Part shown: in pieces, positions 23,470-36,756 of the stretch
Layout of the letters: every line of letters begins with the position of its first letter
Position numbering within the stretch: the first letter of the stretch is position 1
Assembly (NCBI GenBank): GCA_951406725.2
Contig: OX597819.1
Span: 19,778,001 to 19,842,000 of the forward strand
DNA from: Octopus vulgaris
Lineage: Eukaryota
Length of the DNA stretch: 64,000 nt
Direction: 5' to 3'
The notes under the pieces: generated by a model
Database searches by the model: none
What the model was told of the DNA's origin: nothing
The model's input: only the letters and a program-made list of their open reading frames with translations
Translations under genes and position numbers: made by a program

Positions 23470-24900
23470 TGTATTTTGTGATGGTCATTTTTTCTTTTTT
23501 TTTTGTTTGCCAGATAAAGACAGGAACTGTATATTCGTTCATCACTCGTTTCTTACCGTTCTTCTTCTAACTGAGGTGCGTTGTTCGGAAATCTTTCGTC
23601 ACACATCTGTGACCTCCTCAGCGACACTTCGTGAATGCTTTCGCTCTGCTTCTTCCATTCTGTTCTTCTGTAATATGTACCCTTATATGTACATGCGTCT
23701 ATGTTTGTGTATGTGTCTACATGTCTTTGTATGTATGTGTGAATTTTGTGCGTGTGCGCGCGTGTGTGTGTAGGGGCGGGGGGTTACGAGACATTTTTCT
23801 TAGTAGCACTATGGCCCTCTCCTCAGCCCCGTTCCATAACCCGTTTCCATTGCTGCTGCTCTTGAACCTGACTTTTTGTACCGTTCTTGTAACTCGCTCT
23901 TTTTGTGTGTTCGCCCACACTGATGCCATCGTGGTGGTGGTGGTGGTGGTGGTAACAGCAGCAGCAGTGCCAGTAGTTGTAGTTGTTGTAGTAGTAGTTG
24001 TTGTTTTTGCCATTGTTGTTAGTCGTGCTGCTGCTGTTGTTGCGGCCGTCTGTTAAGTTACCGTATGTGTGTATATATGGGTCCACTTCTTATGTTGTTT
24101 GCATCATTGTCCTTTATATAGTCATTTTATGTCTCTAATTTTTATATTTTACATAGGTATGTGCTTATATGTCTATTGTATATGCATCACGCTCTTTCTA
24201 TCTGTTTCTTTTTATTCTTCCTTTACTCTTTAGTCGCCAGGTTGTGTGGTGTGCTGGTTGGTGTTATTGTTCCATCATGTTTTCTGTTGGGGCTCCATCT
24301 CTATTTTCCTAGGTGAGTTGACTACATTAAGTGACGTGTCAGTTCTATGCGTTGGTAGTACTGTGACCCTTATGCTTTTGATTGAGTCTCTATGCTATGT
24401 TCTGCTTGAGCATGTTGGTAGAGCACTGATAAACCTTTCTCTTGTTTGAGCTCTCACTAGTGTTCACCTATACGCTCTCCTATGCTGCGTGCTGTCTCAC
24501 CAATGTATGTACTTGTCATGCTTCTGCACCATCCCGCAGTATATCGTAAGTTATACACTGTATTTCTGACCTAATTGTTAACCTATCCGTTCATCTTGCA
24601 TACAACACAATACAATTGCTCTCCGCAGTTGGCGACGTATCGAAAGGAGAAGTTCCACAGATGAGAGATTTTATAGAGGCACCAGTTTGTTCTACTACTT
24701 GAATTCGTCGATTAGCCTTATCTAATGATTTCCTAAAGTGGTACGATCTGAAGGGGTAGCATCAATAATCACGGAACTCTTCTGGTATTTTTTGTTTTCG
24801 TACCATGAGTTAGGCTAATCTTATTTTTTCTGGTCTTCTCTGTGCTGTTCCAGGATTTAATTCTGTATAGCGGGCAGATTACTTTGAATCACTCTCTATG
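23470..24900 (-). mobile_element. Second, older Penelope-like element (RT-EN linker, GIY-YIG, 3' region with trinucleotide repeats and hammerhead motif)
   Basis: Minus strand 24265-24900 reads PLYR..SWNS...IIDATP...RIQVVEQTGASIKSLI...NCGEQLYCVVCK...RNTVYNLRY...TYIGETARSIGERIGEH...VLYQHAQAEH...THRTD, with stops. It is homologous to 11304-11797. A hammerhead motif lies at 23583-23627. Confidence 0.8.
23583..23627 (-). ncRNA. Minimal type I hammerhead ribozyme-like motif
   Basis: GUGUCG-CUGAGGA-G-GUCACA-GAUG-UGUGAC-GAAA-GAU-UUC-CGAAC. The CUGANGA and GAAA core are intact, with a 6-bp stem II, an NUH triplet (UUC) and a short stem I. Confidence 0.7.
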
Positions 24901-25762
24901 ATGGCTTTGTACTTAGCGCTGGCTCCTTTGTACACTCTAATCCTATCCCTTTGGTTTCAGCCAGAGTACTGCATGCGGTGAATGACGTGTTGTATATATA
25001 TATATATATATATACACACACATACATACATACATACTTACATACATACATACATACATACTTACATACATACATACATGCATACACACATACATACACA
25101 CATACATACAAACATACATATTTACGTACATACAGACATAGGGAAAGTTTACAAAAAAAAAAAACAAAAGACGAAGACAGGTGGTGTACAAAACAAAAAT
25201 ATGTATTAGTATAAAGCTCAGGAATAGAAAAGTATTTTACGTTTCGAGCCTACGCTCTTCTACAGAAAGGTACACAGAAAAAACAAGGAGAGAAAAAAAA
25301 GGAGAGAAAAACATGTGTGTAGTGGCTAACGATCTATCATGGCGACATACATACATCCATCCATCCATACATACATACATACATACATACATACATACAT
25401 ACATACATACATACATACATACTTACATACATGTATTTATGTATGTTGTGTTTTGATGTTACGGGTTTGACAAGAATATCGGATGTTGATATACATAGCT
25501 GGTCAGCAATGTAATTCGTATTCCTTTGCCATTCGAGTGATGACAGTATGTTGTCTGCCCCTGATCGGAAGGATATTTCATCGCAGTGTTACCCATGTAT
25601 GAGTGTGTGAACTGCAGCACCGTGAAGCGAAGTATTTTGCTCAAAAATACGGGGAAACTAATCCATGATTTAATGAAGCTGTGTGCAACACCCCAACCAA
25701 TTCGTCGCACAAACACACGCATACACACACGATCACACACACACACACACGCACACACACAA

Positions 25763-25801
<39 letters not shown>

Positions 25802-26730
25802 CACCAAAACACCTTTGTATTTATCCGTATATTTTACTGAATTCCATAATATGTTAAGTTATATATTTACATCAATACATGCATATTTTCGTACGTTTAT
25901 TTAATTGGCCAAACAGCACGCGCCTCAAGTATAACAATGTATATTCGTAGATTTATACATACCTACAAACCCATATATGTGTGTTGCTCCGTGTGTATAA
26001 ATAAAAAGCTATTCCGGAAATGGGAAGGTAGAATTTTTCTCTGTATGTGTGAGAGTGTGGGTTTGTGCGCGTTTGTGTGTTTTTATGTGTCTTTGTGTAT
26101 GTGCGTGCGTGTGTTTGCATTTCTTTCCTTTAACCAATTTCGGACAGGTTTGTAATTTATTATCAATCCGCCTTGCAATAATAGACTTCCAGGAAGATTC
26201 GTTAACGAATAAATTATATATATGTGTATATATACCATGTAGATTCCATGAATGCTTCACTCCCTCTCCAGAAAAATATCCTTCAAAGCTAAACGAAAGA
26301 CAATATTTTTGTTTCTTAAGAACAGACTATATAAAAAAAGCAATATATACATCGACATCTTTGATATTGTCTCCCTCTATAGCAAGGATACCCCAAACGC
26401 TTTCAGCATTCGCTTGAGGAAAATCAGCAAACCTTGTGGTCCCCTACAGCCAAATGCTTTGGCTATTCCTTGCGAAATTGTAGGTGTTTATTCCTTAAAT
26501 CAAATAAGCAAAATAATGTGAACTTTGGATGACATTAAGTCTTACATCAATCATACCAGAACAGTATTTAGCGTATGGAGGTGCCAATTAGAGCAGCTAC
26601 ACACTTCTAAATTAGAAATTCTGGGATTCTTTTTCTGAATATGTTCTTTATGTCATCCACCAAGTTATCAGAAGAATGAAAACGCCTAAGTTCCACAAGA
26701 AAATACCTCTCTGCTCATGCCTTTGCCTCC

Positions 26731-27138
26731 GTAGAATCCCTAGCACGCCGGGCGATATGCGTAGCCGTATTTCGTCTGCCGTTACGTTCAGAGTTCAAAT
26801 TCCGCCGAAGTCGACTTTGCCTTTCATCCTTTCGGGGTCGATAAATTAAGTACCAGTTACGCACTGGTGTCGATATAATCGACTTAATCCGTTTGTCTGT
26901 CCTTGTTTGTCATCTATGTGTTTAGCCCATTGTGGGTAGTAAAGAAATAGGTATTTCGTCTGCCGTTACGTTCCGAATTCAAATTCTACCGAGGTCGACT
27001 TTGCCTTTCATTCTTTCGTGGTCGATTAAATAAGTACCAGTTACACACTGGGGTCGTTATAATCGACTTAATCCGTGTGTCTGTCCTAGTTTGTCCTCTC
27101 TGTGTTTAGCCCATTGTGGGTAGTATAGAAATAGGTAT
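26731..27138 (+). repeat. SINE family A tandem dimer
   Basis: The second unit restarts at GTATTTCGTCTGCCG (26951) directly after the AAAGAAATAG tail of the first. Confidence 0.9.
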
Positions 27139-28775
27139 ATTAGTAGGTACACTAATGGCATCAGTCTCACCTCCCTTGAGATGGCTTATTTAAGCCATGG
27201 GCACTGTCCCTTCATACCGTCTCAGGAAGTGAAGAAGCAAAACAAATAGATAAAACATGGAGATGAACATATTTCGTTCTAAGTTTATTATTCGATTCGT
27301 CACCACTCCTGTTTCGTGACTGTTGTGCAATCATTCTTGTTCTCACCAAGCACAAGCGAACCATCCTGGAATGATTAAATTGATATTTATGTACTGAATG
27401 TCACTCTTTAAACTCTGTACACTGCTATTCTGTCACTTTGAACACAAAACATTCACACACACACACACATACACAGACACAAACACACACACACAAACGC
27501 ACAAACACACAAAGATATACAGACACGAACGCATGTGAGATATACAAGAAATCAATTTAACTTTGCGAAGGATAAAGACGTCGTAATATATTCCAAACAA
27601 AATTTCAAATCAAAACTTGAGTGCGTGACCCAATGATAAGATGTTCCAGCATATTAAACATATATGCACACAGACAAGAGAGATTAGTAATGTGCCGTTT
27701 TCTGTCACTCAATAGACTGATTGCTGCTTCATAACATAAACACATCTATATGTGTTGGTATGAAATGTTGTTTTATGTGTTGCAAACTGTCGTATCAACT
27801 ATTTCAATGCTTTGAAATAACACCGTTGCTGTAATCAAACGCAAGCAGTCGCAATTTTCGTGAAATCATTGAAAAGTAACATATTACGAAAAATCTACAA
27901 ACTTAATATAAATAACGATAAAAATTAACTCGTATAATATTCAAATTGGAATTAGAAATGTATGATATTTAATTTTAAGTGAAAACAAGAAGAAAAAAAG
28001 TCAAACAACGAAAGACACTGTCGTTTACATACGAACAAGAAAATCTAAATAATGAGAGAATATTTATCAAACATTCTGTGAAGTTAAAATGCAAAAATAC
28101 AGATTTGTTATACATAACTAATATTTCATCAACGTATTCTTATCATAGTTTAACAATATTCCTAAAGTTGAATAATGGATAATAATATTTTGTGCGTTGG
28201 TGGATGTGGCGATTTCAATCGATCGACGTTACTGTAGAATTATTTTTCACTCTCATCTGTCGCATGAAGTATAATCTTCGTGTAGGTGGTAGTGAAGTTG
28301 CAGTTATAATATATTGATTGCTATTACAGACACAAGACAAGATTTTAAGGTAAGACGGTGATAGTAGATTAAATTTGTCCCAGTATTTCACTGGGACTTG
28401 GTTTTATCGACTCAAGAATTAAGGACGACATCGTTAACCTCTGCCGTTTTTGAAATGAGAGCATAAATGACCGGAACCTAAATGGAACTCAGCATTTTAT
28501 AGAAAATTAGGGATTTAGATTTTGGCACTTCAACTTTTTATGCAATGGACATGTTCCGCTCGTCTGCTGTTCACCACCGCTCAGTGGAGGACTAGGCATG
28601 CCGTGGCTAATGATGCACTAAGATTGTGACATCTCCAGTGTTTTGTGAACGCTGAGCAGGTGTGGTCAACGTCCGCTACAAGGGAGATGTACAGCAAGTC
28701 TCATTGATGGAACAGCAGTCCTTTGTCAAGCGCATATTAAAAAAGGGCGCTTGGCACCTGAAGAGTCGGTAAGCA

Positions 28776-28821
<46 letters not shown>

Positions 28822-29076
28822 TTCGAGCTTTGGCACAGTTAGCGTCTACTAAATTATCTTACAAGCTTTTGTTCGGCCAGGGCTATACAAGAAAATTCTT
28901 ATACAGTGGAACCTAACCCGAAAATTTTGGCGAGCAGCTTTCTTAACCACAAACCTAAGACTGCACCTAGTACAATATCTGTATATACGATTGCGTACTT
29001 TGAATTAAACCAACACTTCACAGTTACTTGTTGTGTTGATAGGAATTATGTGAACTCAGAATGCCAAGGTATACTG

Positions 29077-29286
29077 CAGTAATCCCTCGACTATGGAAGG
29101 ATTTACGTTGCAAAATCCACCCACAGAGATAATTAATATCTAAAAAAATATTATCAATAATTATCAGCTGCAGAAAACCGCGATATACTGATGAATCCGC
29201 GATATAAATTTAACAATATTAGCCAGAAAAATCTGCGATGAACTGAGTGCGCTACAGGTGAGCCGCGATATGGCGAGAGATTACTG
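29077..29286. mobile_element. Pogo/Tigger-type MITE (~210 bp)
   Basis: TIRs CAGTAATCCCTCG and CGAGAGATTACTG|TA, with internal (CC)GCGATA sub-repeats typical of such MITEs. Confidence 0.7.
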
Positions 29287-30390
29287 TATTGAACTCCATC
29301 AGAAATATTGTCAATCACGCGGTTTTGAGTTTCAAAAATATGGAATAATTTGCTTTGGGTGGAGATAAACCACGACTTCATACATTAGTAATTGTTGACA
29401 TTTTATCATTCATGATTTGTAAGGCGGTTAAATGGCGGAATCGATAGTAGAGCGGGCGAAAATCGGTGGCTTTTCTTCCTGCTTTACGTTCTGAGTTCAG
29501 GTTCTGCTTAGGTTCACATTGCCTACAGAATAATTATCATTGGAGAAATCTGATCGATGGATTCGTCTTGACTTCTCTCTTTAGCATTCAGGAGGCCTTT
29601 GTGCCTATATTAGAAAGAAATATTGGTTTCTGCAGGTGGAGGTCGATTGATAAACTGCAAGAGTGAGAATTTGAACTCGTATCAGTGCAGTATGATATAG
29701 AAAGACGGCAAAATTGAGATAGGAAAGTTTTCTATTTTGTTGCTTTCTACGAAAGTCCCCTCCAGCAGTGGATCCAAAGTGACAGAGTGTGACTTAGTAC
29801 TCCGCTTTAGATTTGTCATTTTCCTTTTTCTTTTCAAACACACAGAGAAAGAAAAGAACAAAAAGAAATAAATTTTATGTTTCTATAGCAGCGACTACGT
29901 CATTAAATGATTGCTGCTTGATTAAGACATTAACACTGATATTTACTAATAGAACGCCTACCTATTTACGACTGATAAACGACTGAGCTTTGATATCAGC
30001 ATTTGCGATCGCCGTTCGCAGAGATACTATCATCCTACAGTGTAAATATAATTAAATAAATATGTAAAACAAACAAAGTTTAGCAACGTAATTTAGATGG
30101 TTGATAATCATGAAGAGAATTTTTTTTAATGCTACATTTCATCATTACTGGAGGCGCCTAACCTTTTTCTCTCAGCTAATCCTAATCATGATATATATAA
30201 CGAGATGACAGATGCTTGGCTGTGGCGCGTATATCATCGCCTTTTAAACGTGAGCATGGTTTATTATAGATTCTTAATGGAGTTGGGAACATAAGTAATA
30301 CTTCCTCACTGTCAACGGGAACGTTCCTCTTGCTGTAGTTCACCATGAAATATTGAATCCGTGTCGCAGTTCTCAGACACACACACGCGC

Positions 30391-30447
<57 letters not shown>

Positions 30448-30586
30448 TATGCGCGCACACACATACACACACTATAAAACTCGCGCAAAACATGTATTTA
30501 CGAATGCCTCACTGCAAACGTGTAGCCGAAATAATTAATTTTAATAAACTAAAGATGTATGTAAGTGTATGTAAGGTTGTGCGCAT

Positions 30587-30651
<65 letters not shown>

Positions 30652-30714
30652 CGTGCGTATGTGTGTGTGTGTGTGTCTGTGTGTCTGTGTGTCTGTGTGT
30701 CTGTGTATCTATAT

Positions 30715-30920
30715 ATATTCTGTTGTGTCTGGGGAGAGTCATTCTCTTTTAGTGCCTCATTTTAGAAAAATAAAAAAAAGAAAGAAGTGGAAATTTTACC
30801 GGTGAGTGTGTTAAATTCTAAGGCACTAAAAGATAATGACTCTCTCGAGACACAACGGATTATGCTTCAAAACACGAACTCACATAAAGAATCTTGCAAA
30901 CCAAATCCCAAAACGAAATA
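30715..30920. repeat. Asymmetric foldback repeat family (copies at 58013-58250 and 63265-63480)
   Basis: CTGTTGTGTCTGGGGAGAGTCATTCTCTTTTAGTGCCT is inverted against AGGCACTAAAAGATAATGACTCTCTCGAGACACAAC. The extension GCTTCAA.ACACGAACTCA.ATAAAGAATCTTGCAAACCAAAT is present on one arm only. Confidence 0.8.
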
Positions 30921-30994
30921 TATAAAAGAATAAAATATATATATATATATTTATTGATATATATATATATACATAATAATTTATAGGCTTAAAG

Positions 30995-31245
30995 CTTATA
31001 AGATATCACCGTGAACTGACTAAAGAGAATGGACTAGTATTGGGATATTTAGGCCCTCGATCGAATGAAGCAGGTTTTTCCTCACGCAAGGGACTCGAGC
31101 CAACACCTCTATGATTTAGAGAATCTATAGAGGTGTAGGTTCGATTCCCACGCATACGGAAAACCTTACTTTTTCTCGTTGTGGGGTTAAATGCCTCAAA
31201 ATTAGACTATTTTCCTTAACAATTTTATGGCCGTTGCATATAATC
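30995..31245. mobile_element. Degenerate palindromic MITE-like element centred near 31120
   Basis: ACTCGAGCCAACACCTCTA pairs with TAGAGGTGTAGGTTCGATT, and GGTTTTTCC with GGAAAACC. The arms decay outward. Confidence 0.55.
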
Positions 31246-31306
31246 TTTATTCTTATTTACAGAATTGTTAAATACGACACCACTTACAAAATCATCGCAT
31301 ATATAT

Positions 31307-31349
<43 letters not shown>

Positions 31350-31376
31350 CGTGTGTGTGTGTGTGTGTTTATGTGC

Positions 31377-31432
<56 letters not shown>

Positions 31433-31439
<7 letters not shown>

Positions 31440-32191
31440 CGTCCACTTGTAACCGAGGAAGACCATTGCCGACCTTCAGGAACATTGTGCGCTCTAGGAC
31501 TAACTTATATTTTGCATTTGCAGCTTCGTTGGTGGCTAATATAATAAGCATACACGTATAATATGGTGTATGGTGGCTAATATAATACACGTATAATATA
31601 ATATACATATAATAATATACGTGTAAATATAAAACACGTATAATATAATACACGTGTAATATATTACACGTATATTACACGTATAATATAATACACGTGT
31701 AATAATATACGTATAACATGATGTATGGTGGCTAATATAATAAGCATACACGACTGCAAACATTACAGACCAAGCTTTCCCCATTCACTATACGAGCCGT
31801 GCGGTTTCGCGCAGCTCGCTTAATTTCTTAATGCTGGATACGTGCTCTCTCAAAAGTGTCGATACCCTCCTTAACCTGCTTCCTCCATCTGTGGTGATGA
31901 CAAGCATTGTTCTCCCAGTCAGTGTCCTGCATATCACAGGCCTTTAATTAGGACTTGACACAGTCCTTAAATCGTAGCCTTGGTTTCTGCCGGAGTCTCC
32001 TTCCATTCACAAGTTCTCCATAGAGTATCTGCTTAGGAATCATTCTATCCTTCATTCTAATAAGGTGTCCAGTCCAACGCAACCGGTGCTTGTGCAACAT
32101 CGCCTCAATGCTCAAGATGGTGCAGCCTGGAACATTACAACAGTCTTGTCCATTAGCCTGGACAAGTCTGTTCAAGCCTGCACCAGGAAAT

Positions 32192-32195
<4 letters not shown>
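31433..32195 (-). mobile_element. RTE-clade LINE 3' fragment interrupted by a minisatellite
   Basis: SIEAMLHKHRLRWTGHLIRMKDRMIPKQILYGELVNGRRLRQKPRLRFKDCVKS*LKAC...WENNACHHHRWRKQVKEG...LVCNVCSR. The 3' end GGACGGCCATCAT lies at ~31433. Confidence 0.88.
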
Positions 32196-32279
<84 letters not shown>

Positions 32280-32633
32280 GTATAAAAAATATATATATAA
32301 AATACAAAATGGGACAAGAACGCAAAAAAACACAAAGAGACGACACAAAGAACGGACGGGTCATTCGAAGCCTCTAATCTTCAGTCAGGACCCGGATCGT
32401 CCTAGCAAATTTCGGCTAATTGATCCTGATATCGCTCAGATCCGGCTAGACCCAAGGAAAAACTAAACTGTGAGCATTAGATTTCTTGGAAAGAGGATCG
32501 AATGTATACGAAACAAGGACAGAAAAACGGACGATGCCACACGAATATAAATACAAAAAACAAGAATGGTAATAACGGGACAAAAACAGCGTGTGTCTTA
32601 CGACTTTAGACAATTGAACTTATCTTAGTGGGC

Positions 32634-32702
<69 letters not shown>

Positions 32703-32730
32703 CATAATATTTTATAATTCTATGCGTAAT

Positions 32731-32893
32731 TATAACATGAGGTCGGCTTTACGCCACACCACGCACTGCTAGAGATAGACGCTAAAGCTCCTGTTACCAC
32801 CTTAAAATCTCCGAGATTTTAAGGTTGTAATAGTAGCTTTAGTGTCTCTTTCTAGCAGTGCTTGGTGAGGCGTAAATCCGACCTCTTGTTATA
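32731..32893. mobile_element. 163-bp near-perfect palindrome (hairpin MITE-like)
   Basis: TATAACATGAGGTCGG...CACTGCTAGA...CCTTAAAATCTC-C-GAGATTTTAAGG...TCTAGCAGTG...CCGACCTCTTGTTATA, with TA at both ends. Confidence 0.85.
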
Positions 32894-32990
32894 TAATGAT
32901 AAAATATTTTTTTAAATGTACCTATAAGGCTTTTATTTCCCCACTGAAAAGCTGGTAAATTTATTATTGATTTTAACCTATATTCAAATA

Positions 32991-33150
32991 TACAGGCTGA
33001 TTCAAAAGTATCCATACATAGGAAACAGTTTATAAGATCCCCTAGACCCCTTGATCTGACCCGTCTTGATATCTCTCTTTGGGGGCATTTGAAAGGCATG
33101 GTATATCGCGGAAAGATAAATGGCATAAATCAAGAGGTACAAAAGTGAAT
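32991..33150 (+). mobile_element. Deleted Tc1/mariner (rosa/DD41D-like) relic
   Basis: A TA|CAGGCTGATTCAAAAGTATCC TIR-like start is followed by PRPLDLTRLDISLWGHLKGMVYRGK, which resembles PPRSPDLTPLDFFLWGxLKxxVY. Confidence 0.65.
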
Positions 33151-33874
33151 CAAAATATGAAAAGAACATTTAATAGTATTCAGTTTGTAGCGACAGCAAA
33201 TATTAGTTACTGATTACAGACGATTACATATTAAAGTATAGCGACTTTCTTATATTTAATTTGGGATTAAAGCGCTGCTAAACACTTCTACAAAATTAAG
33301 TGCAATAAATACGTCCAATGCACCAATATAATTTGAAATCCAACCATAGCCTGAAATATCCTAAAATTTAGTAGCACCAGTTCCAATATATGTCTTGTAT
33401 ACTCGAAGAAGGAATCATTTAATCTACTCGTTGTTACACTGGTGTATTAAATGTTACTAGCTACAAACATAGATTTCATTATATAAAGAAAAACACAAAT
33501 ATTTCTAAATGTAATAATAGCAAAGAACACGAAAGATTACATCGTGCAATTCTGTACACAACTTAAGTGTACGTTTTCGTGTTTTAAGGATTTTCTAATA
33601 TTTATAAATAAGTATAATTTTGCAGATCGTAAATTCTGTAAGATTTTCAATAAATTCAAATTAAATTAACCTGCAGTTATATCACAAACCTTGTTCTTTT
33701 CAGAACCAGTTAAGCCGTTACAAACATTCCCGCTAACCAACGGGCGTACACGTCTCTTCTAAATATGCATAACAAGACTCTATCAAAAAATTTTGTTTCT
33801 TTTTTTCCAGTATGGGTTATCAAATGAATTCTATCTTAGGGATATTTACGGCAAAATAAAAGCATATGTGTGCG

Positions 33875-33924
<50 letters not shown>

Positions 33925-34060
33925 CACAGGTACATACGCTGAAATACATAGGTACATACGTGTGTACGTAACATACACATCTAATGTGAGCGTATATGTG
34001 TGGTTGTGCGTGTGTGTGTATATATACACAAAGACATACACACACACTCGTAATACATAC

Positions 34061-34114
<54 letters not shown>

Positions 34115-34135
34115 TTATATGTATGTAAGTGTATG

Positions 34136-34176
<41 letters not shown>

Positions 34177-34999
34177 TGTAAGTATATGAAGACGTTTCTA
34201 TCACCGAACATCCTTCCTTTATGTACCAACACATATAAGCCTTCAGATACCAGAGAAACAGTGGTATACATATATTTCTAGAGAATCTACACACAGGAAT
34301 ATTATCAATACCGATAAAAGTAATTGATCTGGTGTCAAAAATGCATCCCCCAACAATGATTCCTCCAGTTGTTACTATATTAATTTCCGTGTAATATAAC
34401 ATTATGCACCAGCCTCTGGCATTTGTCATTATAAGATATTAACAGGCGAATATCACATATTCACATATGACTATATCAATATATTGAAGTATGTCTAGAT
34501 TGGAAGTGTATTTACTACATTACGGTTGTACCAAATCTTAAAACTTTTACCATTTTTCAAATATGTACAGTAGCAAATTTTAATCGACAGTTTTGTAATA
34601 TTTATAGATCAGAATATCAAGTATTTTGCACAAAATAATCAAAATACGATTATTGAAAAACTCTTGTCTAATTTCCAAAGAGTCAAATTCTCGAGGTGTT
34701 TTCGAATATTACTTCCTCAAAACGCATAAACTGCAATAGTCAACCTCCAGATTTAAAAAGGCTTCGGATCTTAAAATTATACTTTGAGGAACCCTACGGA
34801 CACTTTATGATTACTATATTTTTCTTTATGCCGCTCTTGCAGGATTTCCTCACCCTCTTTTTTGAAAATGTAACCAAGCAGTTCTTCTACAAAAAGAATA
34901 TGCTCAGACCTGTGTGTCAGACTGCAACATCTAATCTCCTTCGATAAAGCTACCTACCCCACATCGGGTTTCATAGTCACGCATGACAACCTTGCTAAA

Positions 35000-35216
35000 A
35001 CTGGTATCATGTAAACAATAGCCCATGCATGCTTTAAAGTAGTTGGCGTTAAGAATGGTATCGAGCCGCAGAATGAAGAATGCATGAAGCCATGTTAAAG
35101 CAGACCCTGAAGGACTGTGTAGGCTTTGAATCATTCTGGTCCTATTAAATCGTCTAACACATGCCGCATGGAACGTAGACTTGAAATGGTGACGGTGGTA
35201 ATGATGGCGATGGCGA
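35000..35216 (+). mobile_element. SINE-like family D 3' part with (GAT)n-like tail; second copy at 54555-54739
   Basis: Both share CT(G/A)GT..C.(C/T)GTA...GG(C/T)ATC..(G/A)C.CAGAA...AA.CGT.TAAC.C.TGC..GCATGG...GA...(T)AAATG and end in GAT repeats. Confidence 0.55.
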
Positions 35217-35357
35217 TACTCATACATACCAACATAATTAAACATATATGATGAGCGTGTCTTGATATGCAACTATATGCAAGAGAATACATACCTAAAA
35301 CAAAGCATACAAATCTGCACTTATGCATACCTATATACATACATATATACATATATA

Positions 35358-35411
<54 letters not shown>

Positions 35412-35436
35412 CATGCTTATATGTGCGTTTGTATAA

Positions 35437-35481
<45 letters not shown>

Positions 35482-35597
35482 AACAAGAAAACCATGTAGT
35501 TGATTTTGAAATTTAAAAGAAGGACCCTTGAGGTAGATTAGAAACCCAGTTTGTCTTTCTTGGGAAAACATCTTGAAATAAAAGAAAACTAAATAGA

Positions 35598-35657
<60 letters not shown>

Positions 35658-35691
35658 TGTGTGTGCTTGTGTGTGCGTGTGTGTTTATATA

Positions 35692-36170
35692 TCAGGCCAT
35701 CCCTTAAGCTCTGTCCGATTTTGCCTTTTTTAAAACTGAAAGAAATTTAATATACTAATATTTTAGGTCTTATAGAATTTAAAATTATTTTTATGCACTT
35801 ATTTACTACATTGAAACTAATTAAATATTGTTCTACAGAATAATAGAACTAAAATTTCTTTGATTAAAACCCTTTCTAACATGGAAGTATCCAAAGATCA
35901 TTTGAGGAACATAATGCTTTATAAGTACAAAAAAGGAAACTCGGCAGCCGAAGCAACTCGAAGCATACACTCACTTTATGGTAAAGAATGCTTGGATGAA
36001 AGAACTTGCGGAAGATGGCTTGCAAAATTCAGAAGTGGATATTTCAGGCTTGAACATGTAGATCGAACAGGATCCCCAGTTGAGTTTGATGATAATCTCC
36101 TTGAAGAAAAACCTGCATTATCAGTTGAAGTATTGGCAATAAAGCTTAGCTGAAACCATAGAACTGTTGA
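35692..36170 (+). mobile_element. 5' half of a second mariner family (TIR and N-terminal transposase), truncated by microsatellite
   Basis: TA|TCAGGCCATCCC TIR-like start. From 35881 it reads [63 protein letters not shown] (mariner HTH with WFxKFRSG and R(S)GRP-like motifs). Confidence 0.85.
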
Positions 36171-36269
36171 TGTATGTGTGTATATATATGTATGTGTGTA
36201 TGTATATATATATATATATGTATATATATGCATATATATATACTTATATATATTTACATATATATGTAT

Positions 36270-36330
<61 letters not shown>

Positions 36331-36338
36331 TATATATA

Positions 36339-36756
36339 CGAGCAAAACGGCACCCGTCCAATGGACGTTGTTGAGTTGTCAAACATTTAAACCAAATTTT
36401 CTCAAGACAACTTGTCCGACCGTCCCATAGTCCTCCCCTTTGAGAGACACTGATTTAACCTAAATTTGAGACACCAAACAGGCCGGCTTTTTTCCGCAAA
36501 CTGCACGTGCATTTTTCTCGAATACGCGTAGTATCGATTGCAACAGCTAATACTTGCGCGTACAAATGCACGTTCCAACGGCTTTATCGATGGCATTCTC
36601 ACCTGGAATCGATTTTTGTAATTTTTTCAAAGGCTTATACACGCCATGATACTGTCGGTATCTACATATGAAATTTGAGCGCAATCGGATAGAGGATGCC
36701 CGACATTCTAGAAGACACACATACACAAACACACAGAACAGATTTTACGTTATAGA
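36339..36756 (-). mobile_element. Third non-autonomous Helitron-like element (different family)
   Basis: The minus strand begins A|TCTATAACGTAAAATCTGTTCTGTGTG and contains CCGATTGCGCTCAAATTTCA. It ends with hairpin CGTCCA-T-TGGACG then CTCG|T, one mismatch from CTAG. Confidence 0.6.

Noticed and set aside
23631-24056. 141-aa hydrophobic poly-Val/Ala ORF resembling a membrane protein
   Set aside because: It derives from (GGT)n/(GCA)n/(GTT)n repeats in the 3' region of the Penelope element.
32355-32400. Possible hammerhead variant CTGACTGAAG...CTTCGAATGA (minus; also ~21035-21070)
   Set aside because: Both core strands deviate (no CUGANGA spacing, GAAU instead of GAAA) and stems I and III are not evident. 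Kept only as a repeat.
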